Source of the DNA: Truepera sp.
GTDB lineage: Bacteria; Deinococcota; Deinococci; Deinococcales; Trueperaceae
Direction: 5' to 3'
NCBI GenBank assembly: GCA_965218435.1
Contig: CBDCKW010000009.1
Span: 160,001 to 224,000 of the forward strand
Length of the DNA stretch: 64,000 nt
In this document: in pieces, positions 19,934 through 28,384 of the stretch
How the letters are laid out: the number at the start of each line of letters is the position of its first letter
Position numbering within the stretch: the stretch's first letter is position 1
Program-made: the position numbers and the translations under genes
Notes under the pieces: generated by a model
Seen by the model: the letters and a program-made list of their open reading frames with translations, nothing else
Told to the model about the DNA's origin: nothing
Database searches by the model: none

Positions 19934-20101
19934 ATGAAGGGTGGATTTACGCGCTTCAGCCGCTTCGCCCAGTTTTTGAGCCCGTGAGACGCCGTAAACG
20001 CAGTTCTGGTAAGCTTGTCAACTTCTAACTTCTCCGTCCTCTTTTCTGTAACCCGCTAAAAACGCCTCGAGCCGACGGTCATAAAAGCTCAACAGAACCT
20101 A

Positions 20102-20262
20102 GGTTCTGTTGACGTTTTAAGATGTCCACTGCGATTTTTACTGCCGAACACGGGATTAGTCAGAATTCAGTAGCAAGTAGTCAGAAACTCGCAAACCGTT
20201 TTCACTTGTAACGTCCCTCACGAGATCATCTAAGTTTCTCAAGAACAAATGTCAACACAACC
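20102..20262. mobile_element. 161-bp MITE-like remnant flanked by TA
   Basis: Ends GGTTCTGTTGACGTTT / AAATGTCAACACAACC (14/16 inverted match); TA at 20100-20101 and 20263-20264. Confidence 0.65.
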
Positions 20263-20274
20263 TAATACACCAAC

Positions 20275-21060
20275 CTAGTACACCGCCCGTCCGCCCGTCA
20301 GGTCGAAGACAAACCCCGTGTTAAAACTTGCCTCAGGCGATAAAATCCAGAGGGCCAGCGACGCCGTTTCTACAACCGTCCCCAGCCGTTTCATCGGGAT
20401 TTTTGCGGTCATGTACTCGAGCTGTGCCGGGTCTGTGTTCAGGTTGAGGGGGGTGCTGATCACTGCCGGGGCGAGGCCGTTAACGGTAATCCCTGTTTCG
20501 GCAAACTCTTTGCCGACCCCTTTGACGAGGCCGATCACCGCCGCTTTCGTCGAGGTGTAACCGACCATGCCGGGGTTGCCGTCTTTACCCGCAATAGACG
20601 CCATCAGTAAGATGCGGCCGTAGTTGCGCTTTTGCATCTGCACGAGCGCGTATTTGGTCATTAAAAAGCTGCCGAGCTGATTGACCCGCACCACCCGCAT
20701 GTACGTGTTCGTATCGTAGTCCGTGATGTTGGTCGCGGTGGCCCCGGCGATACCGGCACTGTTAAACATGACGTCAAGCCGACCGTGCGTTTGGGTGAGG
20801 GCCTCGAGTTCCGTTTTGACCTGCGCTTCGTCGGTGATGTCTAGGGGTAAGCTCGAGACCGAGCCGTGGCCCTCTAGTTCTGTCAAGGTAGCTGTAAGCG
20901 CGCCTTGGTCACGGTCGGCAATCACGACGTGCGCGCCTTCACGCGCTAAACGTGACGCCACCGCCTTGCCGATGCCGCTTGCGCCGCCGGTCACAACCGC
21001 CACTTGGCCGCTGAACCGCCCTGCAAAGATGCCTGTCGTCGCTGTCTCTGTATCTGTCAT
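20275..21060 (-). CDS. SDR oxidoreductase, 2-keto-3-deoxy-sugar-acid dehydrogenase (LRA5)-like
   Basis: ASIAGKDGNP...Y..TKAAVIGL.K..GKE...PAVI...KIPM.RLG...VFDLTGGRAVY. Confidence 0.85.
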   Translation of the reverse strand: MTDTETATTGIFAGRFSGQVAVVTGGASGIGKAVASRLAREGAHVVIADRDQGALTATLTELEGHGSVSSLPLDITDEAQVKTELEALTQTHGRLDVMFNSAGIAGATATNITDYDTNTYMRVVRVNQLGSFLMTKYALVQMQKRNYGRILLMASIAGKDGNPGMVGYTSTKAAVIGLVKGVGKEFAETGITVNGLAPAVISTPLNLNTDPAQLEYMTAKIPMKRLGTVVETASLALWILSPEASFNTGFVFDLTGGRAVY

Positions 21061-21064
21061 CTCT

Positions 21065-22180
21065 TCACCAATCCGTAACGGAACCGTCCGCGAGGCGAAA
21101 CTGCGGCGTTTCCCACGAGCCGTCGTAGAGCTTGTCCTCGAGCGCGTCTTCGTCTAGTTCAATCCCCAAACCCGGTTTGTCAGACACCGCGATGTAGCCG
21201 TCAACGATCTCAAAAGGTTCTTTGAGGTAACCCTCGCCCAGCGTAAAGTGCTCTTGCGCTAAAAAGTTGGGGATGCAGGCGTCGAGTTGCAAGGACGCCG
21301 CCAGCGAAATCGGCCCGAGCGGGCAGTGCGGCGCGACGGCGGCGTAGTAGCACTCGGCCATCGCCGCAATTTTACGCAGCTCAAAGATGCCGCCCGCGTG
21401 CGAGATGTCGGGTTGCAAGATCGCCGCCGCCTGTTTCTCCAACACTTCCCGAAAGGCCCATTTAGTAAATAACCTCTCGCCGGTGGCGATAGGGATGCTT
21501 GTACTCCGGGCGACGCGGGCCAACTCGTCTACGTTTTCCGGGAGCACGGGCTCTTCGATAAATAAGGGGTGCGAGGGCTCGAGCGCCTGCGCCAGCCGAA
21601 TAGACATCGCGGGGCTGCAGCGTCCGTGAAAGTCAATCCCAATGTCAATGTCCGGCCCGAGCACCTCCCGTAATCCTGCAAAGTGCGCCGCGACCGTCTC
21701 GACCTTCGCGGGCGTATCAACGATGTTAAAGCCTTCTTTCAAGCCGACCTTGTACACCGTAAACCCACTCTCACGACTGACCTGCGCGAGCTCGATGTAG
21801 TCGCCGTAACTCTCGGCGCTGAGCCAGCCGTACATGCGGATTTTGTCGCGGACCGCGCCGCCTAAAAGTTTGTACACGGGTACGCCCAGCTCTTTGGCGG
21901 TGATGTCCCACAGGGCGTGTTCGATGCCGGACAAGGCGCTCGTCAAAATCGGGCCGCCCCGGTAAAACTGTCCCCGGTAGATGGCCTGCCAGTGGTGTTC
22001 GATGCGGCGCGGGTCTTGCCCGATCAGGTAACGTCCGATTTCGTGAACCGCCGCCGCGACCGTTTGCGCGCGCCCTTCGACGATAGGCTCACCCAACCCG
22101 ACGATGCCCGCGTCGGTATGAACCTTTAAGAAGAGCCAGCGGGGGCGGACGAAGATGGTCTCGAGTTGGGTGATTTTCAC
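21065..22180 (-). CDS. dgoD: Galactonate dehydratase-like (mandelate racemase superfamily)
   Basis: PRWLFLKV.TD.G..G.GEP.VEGRA, FYRGGP, DFHGR, FIEEP, ATGERL, QPD.SHAGG, APHCPLGP. Confidence 0.9.
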   Translation of the reverse strand: MKITQLETIFVRPRWLFLKVHTDAGIVGLGEPIVEGRAQTVAAAVHEIGRYLIGQDPRRIEHHWQAIYRGQFYRGGPILTSALSGIEHALWDITAKELGVPVYKLLGGAVRDKIRMYGWLSAESYGDYIELAQVSRESGFTVYKVGLKEGFNIVDTPAKVETVAAHFAGLREVLGPDIDIGIDFHGRCSPAMSIRLAQALEPSHPLFIEEPVLPENVDELARVARSTSIPIATGERLFTKWAFREVLEKQAAAILQPDISHAGGIFELRKIAAMAECYYAAVAPHCPLGPISLAASLQLDACIPNFLAQEHFTLGEGYLKEPFEIVDGYIAVSDKPGLGIELDEDALEDKLYDGSWETPQFRLADGSVTDW

Positions 22181-22222
22181 TTTGGACTCCTGGTAGTTCG
22201 TATGGTTTATATTTCATATGGC

Positions 22223-22996
22223 TCACTCGGCAAAGCGGGCGCTGGTGCCGCCGTCAATCACGATCTCTGTGCCGGTAAGATAGCGCGCCTCGTCACTCGC
22301 CAAAAATGCCACCAAGTTGCCGACGTCTTCAGGCTCACCGATACGGCCGACGGGGAGGCTCGAGCGCACCTTTTCCCGCGCCGCTTCGGGGTCTTTTGCG
22401 TCGGCAAACCCCTGCAACACCGCGTCGGATAAAATCCAACCGGGACTCACCGCTACTACCCGGATACCCTTGTTGCCCCAATCGAGCGCCAAGCTTTTCG
22501 TCAGCCCGACCAGCCCTGCTTTGGTCGCGCTGTAAGGGAACATGTTATAGGTCGTAAGCGTCGCGTGGACGCTGGCGATGTTGATGATGACGCCGCCGCC
22601 CCGAGAGACCATTTCAGGTAACGTGTATTTGCAGAGGAGCCACGCGCCCTTGAGGTCAACGGCCATCCCGCTGTCCCACTCTTCGCTCGTCATCTCGGCG
22701 GCGTTGTAGGCGAGGTTGCGCCCGGCGTTGTTGACCAAAATATCGAGCCCACCAAACTCTTTGGCAACTTGGACTGCCGCTGCAACTTCGGTTTCCTGAC
22801 TGACGTCGGTTTGTACAAAGACCGCGTTTGCTCCCGTAGCCTGCAGAGTTTGCGCGGCGGCTTCTCCCGCGTCGGCGTCAATCTCTGCCAGCACGACCGC
22901 CGCGCCTGCCTGGGCCAATCGCACGGCGATAGCCTTGCCAATCCCGCGCCCTGCCCCGGTCACTAACGCGACTCGTCCTGCTAACGACCGGCTCAC
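22223..22996 (-). CDS. SDR family oxidoreductase (putative sugar dehydrogenase)
   Basis: TGAGRGIG, NNAG, IASVH...FPYSATK. Confidence 0.9.
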   Translation of the reverse strand: MSRSLAGRVALVTGAGRGIGKAIAVRLAQAGAAVVLAEIDADAGEAAAQTLQATGANAVFVQTDVSQETEVAAAVQVAKEFGGLDILVNNAGRNLAYNAAEMTSEEWDSGMAVDLKGAWLLCKYTLPEMVSRGGGVIINIASVHATLTTYNMFPYSATKAGLVGLTKSLALDWGNKGIRVVAVSPGWILSDAVLQGFADAKDPEAAREKVRSSLPVGRIGEPEDVGNLVAFLASDEARYLTGTEIVIDGGTSARFAE

Positions 22997-24252
22997 AGTG
23001 ACCGCAGCGGCAACCCCGTCGCCGCTTCAATAGTAAGCAACCGGTTGTACTTGGCGAGGCGTTCGGACTGCTGGATTGACCCCACCTTGATGAAGTCGCC
23101 CTGCCAGCCCACCGCTAGGTCAGCGAGCCAGTCATCCTCGGTTTCGCCGCTGCGGGCACTGACGACGACCTGCCAACCGTGTGACCGGGCCAAAGTAAGC
23201 GCCTCGGCAGCTTCAGTCAGGGTGCCGATCTGATTGACCTTTAAGAGCAGCGCGTTGGCAGCTTCGGCGTCAACAGCTTGTTGAATACGCGCCGGATTGG
23301 TACAGAGCAGGTCGTCACCTAAAACGAGAACATCGTGACCTACAGCGGCCTGTAACGCTGTCCAGTGCGCCCAGTCTTCCTCGGCAAGTCCGTCCTCGAG
23401 ACTGACAACTGGGTAGTCACGGAGCCAGGTTTGCAGCTTTGAGACCATCTCCGCCCCGGTCAAGCTTTTGTTGCTCAGCCGGTACCAACCGTTTTCGTAA
23501 AAGTGGCTCGAGGCCACGTCGAGGGCGAGGGCCACATCTTCGCCGGGTCTGAGACCGGCTGCTTGAATTGCCGCTACCGCGTCTTCAATCATCGCTTCTT
23601 CGCTCCCGAAGTCGGGTGCGAGACCCCCCTCGTCAGCTTTAAGTGGCCGTGAGTGGTACTTGGTTCGGACGAGCTGAACCGCACTTTGCACCACGGCGTA
23701 GGTCATCTCTAACGACTCGGCGACGGTTCCAGCTGACTGCGGCACCAGCAAAACATCTTGAATCACGACCTGACCCCCCGCGTGTTTGCCGCCGCTAAAG
23801 AGGTTGACTGTAAGGCGTGGGAGAAAGTCGAGCCGCGTACCTGCCAGCTTAGCGAACTGCTCATAAAGCGGTTCTGACCGCTCTAGAGCTTGTGCCCGTG
23901 CGAACGCCAGCGAGACGCCGAGAATAGCGTTCGCCCCAAGCCGCGATTTGTGGGGTGTACCGTCGAGCTGAATAAGGTGACGGTCCAGGTCGGCCTGGGT
24001 CGCAAACGTTTTACGGCTGACGCTCCTGAATATCTCACCGTCAACGTTTTGAGCAGCTTTGCGGCACCCCAAGCCGCCGTAACGCCTGTCGCCGTCACGG
24101 AGTTCCAACGCTTCAGCGCGTCCGGTAGACGCACCCGACGGCACCGACGCAGTTGCAGAAATGCCGCTCGAGAGTTCACACGTCACCTGAACGGTCGGGC
24201 GTCCCCGGCTGTCTAAAATCTCTAACGCGTGTAGACTCGTAATCTCAAACAC
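22993..24252 (-). CDS. eno: Enolase homolog with divergent active-site motifs
   Basis: EILDSRGRPTV, PSGASTG, DEGG, LDVASS, EDG, GDDL, LLKVNQIGT, RSGETED, AKYNRLL; but SHRS is SARS and IQEF is IQDV. Confidence 0.88.
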   Translation of the reverse strand: MFEITSLHALEILDSRGRPTVQVTCELSSGISATASVPSGASTGRAEALELRDGDRRYGGLGCRKAAQNVDGEIFRSVSRKTFATQADLDRHLIQLDGTPHKSRLGANAILGVSLAFARAQALERSEPLYEQFAKLAGTRLDFLPRLTVNLFSGGKHAGGQVVIQDVLLVPQSAGTVAESLEMTYAVVQSAVQLVRTKYHSRPLKADEGGLAPDFGSEEAMIEDAVAAIQAAGLRPGEDVALALDVASSHFYENGWYRLSNKSLTGAEMVSKLQTWLRDYPVVSLEDGLAEEDWAHWTALQAAVGHDVLVLGDDLLCTNPARIQQAVDAEAANALLLKVNQIGTLTEAAEALTLARSHGWQVVVSARSGETEDDWLADLAVGWQGDFIKVGSIQQSERLAKYNRLLTIEAATGLPLRSL

Positions 24253-25273
24253 GCGTCAGCCCTGCGGTAAAACGAGACACGAGTTGGGAAACAGTCCGTG
24301 GTTGATCGTTCATCAGCTCGACCACGACCTCCTTTTGGCGCTGTTTTTCCCCTTTGCTTAAATACTCGAGCGGCGAACGCCCCGCGACGCGGGCCAAGAG
24401 GCAGCCGAGCGTGTGCCTTACGGCGTAGGGCTCGAGCGCTCCGGCAAAGGGAACGTCACCCAGTGCATTTTGGTAGTGCGCCCAAAAATCCAGCGTTGCC
24501 TGCCCAAACGCAGTCCTCGAGTCCGGCAGATGATGCGCTTTACTCAGCAGATGCGTCATCCCGAAACCCAGATCGAAGGCGGGATCGCCGAAGTGAATCA
24601 CTTCGTGGTCTAACAAGATCAGCTTGTCCCGGTAAACCAGTACGTTTTTAGGGCTGTAGTCGCCGTGGACCAGGGTCAGTAACCGGTTGCGGGTGTCCTC
24701 AACGAGCACGTGTAAAAAGTCGGCGGCTTCAGGAACCTGTTCAGCGGCGTAAAGGTAGTAGGGCTCGAGCCGTAAATTCTTAAAATACTGCCTGTCGGCA
24801 AACATTGCGGCGACCTCTCCCGACCGCTCATTTTCCAAAAAAGCGTTGCGGTGAACGTGTCCCAAAAGGATGGCAAACTGCGCGACGTGCTCACCTTTTA
24901 CGTCGCCCTGTAAGAGCACCGTCTTCCAGTTTTCATGAGGTTGAGCCACGGCTTGCATCGCCAAAACATGCTCGGTTTCGTCTTCAAAGACGAGCGGTGT
25001 GATGCTGCCCGGCGGGGCGTAACGGGCCAAAGCTTGCATCCCCAGCGCCTCGTAGTGAATCCGCTCAGGGCTGCTAAACCAGTCTACGGCGACGCGCAGC
25101 TTTGCCAGAGCTTGCTTTAACACCCACGCTTCTCCCTCGGAACGCTCCAAGAGCACGGTCCGGTTCGATACGCCGCCTTTCAGTACCGTCATCGTCATTT
25201 TTACGCCCGACTTGGTAACGCCGCGCCCGAACAGATACTCGCGCAGCTCCTCGGGACGTTCGATGTCTATCAT
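24245..25273 (-). CDS. APH/MtnK-fold phosphotransferase
   Basis: GGVSN, VLKQAL, HGDYSPKN (Brenner motif), LDHE...GDPAFD. Confidence 0.88.
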   Translation of the reverse strand: MIDIERPEELREYLFGRGVTKSGVKMTMTVLKGGVSNRTVLLERSEGEAWVLKQALAKLRVAVDWFSSPERIHYEALGMQALARYAPPGSITPLVFEDETEHVLAMQAVAQPHENWKTVLLQGDVKGEHVAQFAILLGHVHRNAFLENERSGEVAAMFADRQYFKNLRLEPYYLYAAEQVPEAADFLHVLVEDTRNRLLTLVHGDYSPKNVLVYRDKLILLDHEVIHFGDPAFDLGFGMTHLLSKAHHLPDSRTAFGQATLDFWAHYQNALGDVPFAGALEPYAVRHTLGCLLARVAGRSPLEYLSKGEKQRQKEVVVELMNDQPRTVSQLVSRFTAGLTRV

Positions 25274-25287
25274 CTGGTGCCTGTCAT

Positions 25288-26136
25288 CTACACCTCGGCT
25301 CGAAAGGTATTGGTCAGGCGGCCCAGCTTTTCAATCTCGACCGTGACCTCATCGCCCGCTTTAAGCCAGATTGCCGGGTCATCGCCGAAGATCACGCCTT
25401 CAGGGGTTCCGGTCAAGATCACGTCGCCGGGTTCCAGGGTCAGATAGCGGCTGATATAACTGACAAGTTGTTTTGTCGAAAAAACCATGTCGGCGGTGCT
25501 CGAGTCCTGCCGCAGCTCACCGTTTAACCAGCAGCGAATCCGCAAGGCGTCCGGGTCGCCTACTTCGTCGGCTGTTACCAGATACGGCCCCAGGGGTAAA
25601 AAGCCGTCCAAGGTTTTGCCGAGCAGCCACTGTCCGGTCAACATCTGCAGATCGCGCGCGCTCAGATCGTTGCCGTTACAGTAGCCGAACACGTAGTCGT
25701 GCGCCTCACCTTCGCTGACGTCTTTGGCACGCCTGCCGATGACGATAGCAAGTTCAGCTTCGTAATCCGCTTGCTTCGTAACTTCGGGAAGGGTGATGAC
25801 GTCTCCGTTTCCGGCGAGCGCGTTGGCATATTTGGAAAAGAGGATCGGGGTTTGAGGAACGGCCATCCCCGCTTCGGCGGCGTGGCGGCGGTAGTTGAGG
25901 CCGACGCAGACGATTTTGCCCGGATTGGGTACACAAGGAGCGAGGGTTAAGGTCGCCTCGTCTAAGAAGTCGGTTGCCCCAGCTACAAAGGTTTCTAACG
26001 CGGTTTGGGCTCTGCTCCCACCTTGCAGCAACGCCAGCACCGTTTGCGGCACCCCTTCAGGCGCGCTCACCGTTTCCACGACGCCGTTTTCCGTCTGCAC
26101 AGCTAGACTGTGATCTTGTAAACTCAGTAATTTCAT
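25288..26136 (-). CDS. Fumarylacetoacetate hydrolase family protein
   Basis: KIVCVGLNY..H, DYEAELA, ND.SARDLQ, GK, LEPGDVILTGTPEGV. Confidence 0.92.
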   Translation of the reverse strand: MKLLSLQDHSLAVQTENGVVETVSAPEGVPQTVLALLQGGSRAQTALETFVAGATDFLDEATLTLAPCVPNPGKIVCVGLNYRRHAAEAGMAVPQTPILFSKYANALAGNGDVITLPEVTKQADYEAELAIVIGRRAKDVSEGEAHDYVFGYCNGNDLSARDLQMLTGQWLLGKTLDGFLPLGPYLVTADEVGDPDALRIRCWLNGELRQDSSTADMVFSTKQLVSYISRYLTLEPGDVILTGTPEGVIFGDDPAIWLKAGDEVTVEIEKLGRLTNTFRAEV

Positions 26137-26491
26137 CGTTTCTCCTTTGGAACAAGCCCTTTACGGCGAGCTAACGCTTTCTCGTGCAATGTATTTTGTG
26201 GGCACGCACCGCTCGAGCTTTTCGCAACATCTGCGGCTTCGACTTGAAGACGGTACGGCTGAGGAGTTGCTCTTGTACGCGGTTACCCAGCTGTTTGGCG
26301 TTATGGATGAGGGCTTGTTTGTCAACCTTTCAAAGCTTGTATTTAAGTGACACTGACTGTGGGGAAGTTAGACAAGACTGTCGGGTACCAGCGCCATAAG
26401 CTTTCGTAGCCAAATCAGATTGCAAGCCAGCTAAAATGCAGCCGCTTTCAGTGCGCGAGAATACCTCCGCTAATCGACCTTTGATGGCGGG

Positions 26492-26505
26492 TATCATATA
26501 TGATA
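26492..26505. promoter_or_regulatory. Perfect palindrome TATCATATATGATA overlapping the -10 of gntR; probable operator
   Basis: gtatcatatatgatatttagATG. Confidence 0.7.
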
Positions 26506-26510
26506 TTTAG

Positions 26511-27245
26511 ATGAAACGTCAACCAAGCAGATGGCAAGATACTTACCCAGCCGAAAAGATAGGAGAAGTCAAGGGCACAAAAAGTAAAAATGTTTTGGTT
26601 TACGGCTATCTACATACCATGATCCTTAAAGGTAAGTTGGTACCGGGTTCGCGTGTAACGGCCGACCAGATTGCAGCGCAGCTCGGCGTTTCTCCTATTC
26701 CGGTGCGTGAAGCACTTTTGCGGCTCGAGGCCGAAGGGTTCGTGACCCTAGAGCCTTACGTCGGGGCAAAAGTCACCGAGCTGCGCGAGAGTGAAGTGCA
26801 AGAGGTGTTTGGCCTTTTAGGGTCGCTCGCGCTGATCTGTGGGCGTTCGGCGTGTTTACGGCTTAGCGACGCCGACCTAATCCGGATTGAAACACTTTTA
26901 GCAGATATGGAAAACTGTGCTTACGACCCTGAAGCGTGGTCTTTACGCAACAAAGAACTGCACCTTTTTATCGGCGAAAAGTCCGAGCACAAGTTGGCCC
27001 TGAGGATGCTGCGATTGGCGCTCGACCATTGGGACAGGTTGTGGCGGCATTTTTTAGAAGAGGTCTTTTCTCAGCGTATCCCCGCGGCTCACGCCGAGCA
27101 CGTGCAGATGTTGGCCGCCTTTAGGGCGCGCAGCCCCAAACGACTTGAAGAGGTCGTTCGCGTTCATAACGAAAAAGCCTTACACGCCTATCTAACTCAC
27201 CTCGCAACTAACTCAGCACAGACGCTGCAGCCTACCCCTGACTAA
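26511..27245 (+). CDS. GntR family regulator (FCD C-terminal domain)
   Basis: PGSRV...IA..LGVS.IPVREAL.RLEAEG; N.ELH, EH..ML.A. Confidence 0.92.
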   Translation: MKRQPSRWQDTYPAEKIGEVKGTKSKNVLVYGYLHTMILKGKLVPGSRVTADQIAAQLGVSPIPVREALLRLEAEGFVTLEPYVGAKVTELRESEVQEVFGLLGSLALICGRSACLRLSDADLIRIETLLADMENCAYDPEAWSLRNKELHLFIGEKSEHKLALRMLRLALDHWDRLWRHFLEEVFSQRIPAAHAEHVQMLAAFRARSPKRLEEVVRVHNEKALHAYLTHLATNSAQTLQPTPD

Positions 27246-27544
27246 AAACGTTGTAACTACGATCAAGTAGCAGGTATCATCTGGTCGGCACCGCTCTCCC
27301 GCCGATTTTTACCGATTAGCACGTACTTTCTGAGATGATGACTGTGGCAATCTCTTTTGGAAATGCTGAAGGAATCCCAGCAGCGACTTGTAGATGATCT
27401 TATACCGGTCTCGGCGACCGTAAAAAGAGGCGGATACGACCCTTAAAGACTGCTCGACTCGAGTCCGTAACCTCGGATTAACTAGGGAGTTTCTTGTACG
27501 GGGTAGCTGCCTCGGTAGCCGGATTATCCCGGTCGGTCGCGCGT

Positions 27545-28384
27545 CTAAACATATTTCAGGTAACGCGCTTTGACCAGCTCGAGCACCTCGGCCCCGGGCT
27601 TTTGCCACAGAGCTTCGTTAAAGATTTCGCACTCGATAGGGCCGGTGTAACCGGCGTCTTCGGCGGCTCCGCGCAGGGCGCGAAGCTCGATCCAACCGTC
27701 GCCCATCATGCCGCGGCCGTTAAGTACGTCGGGCAAAGGGGTAACCCAGTCGCAGATGTGAAACCCCAAGAGGTGGGGCTGCGCCTTGGCAATCTCGTGA
27801 TAGACCTCGGGGTCCCACCACACGTGAAACGTATCAACAATGACGCCGATGGGCACCGTCAGCTCGGGAAAGTCAGCATTAAGTTGTGTTGCGAGGGCGT
27901 TGGCCTGCGCGAGCGTGCAGATGACGTTACGGTCGGCGCAGTACAGCGGGTGCAGAGGTTCGATGTCTAGTTTGACCCCGAGCTCAGCCGCGTAGGGAAC
28001 GACCTCAGCAACGCCGTCATAAACCATCTGCCGCGCCGCCCCCAGGTCTCTGTCAGGCAAGCCGCCGCAGACCAGCACTAAAGTGTCCGTACCGAGAACC
28101 GCAGCTTCGTCAACTGCGCGAAAGTTGTCGTCAATCCGCCGCCGCCGTTCTCGGGAGGACTTTGCCGGAAACATGCCGCCGCGACACAGACTCGAGACCC
28201 GTAACCCCGCCGCTCGTACCAGTCTGGCACTCTGCTGCACGCCTTGCTCGTGTACCTTATCGCGCCACAAGCCGATCCAGCCGAGCCCCGCTGCGGCGCA
28301 GCCTTCCACAGCTTCTTTGAGCGTCCACGGTTTCGTGGTGTACTGGTTTAACGAGAGCCGTGACAAGTCTGGACGCTCACCCAT
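27545..28384 (-). CDS. Sugar phosphate isomerase/epimerase (xylose-isomerase-like TIM barrel)
   Basis: SLNQYT, SSLCRGG, IEPLHP, D.FHVWWD, HICDW, GDG.I, ECEIFN. Confidence 0.88.
   Translation of the reverse strand: MGERPDLSRLSLNQYTTKPWTLKEAVEGCAAAGLGWIGLWRDKVHEQGVQQSARLVRAAGLRVSSLCRGGMFPAKSSRERRRRIDDNFRAVDEAAVLGTDTLVLVCGGLPDRDLGAARQMVYDGVAEVVPYAAELGVKLDIEPLHPLYCADRNVICTLAQANALATQLNADFPELTVPIGVIVDTFHVWWDPEVYHEIAKAQPHLLGFHICDWVTPLPDVLNGRGMMGDGWIELRALRGAAEDAGYTGPIECEIFNEALWQKPGAEVLELVKARYLKYV

Noticed and set aside
26140..27540. Possible gene remnants in the spacers on either side of gntR (26140-26400 and 27300-27490)
   Set aside because: No family motif was recognisable by eye; BLASTX would be needed.
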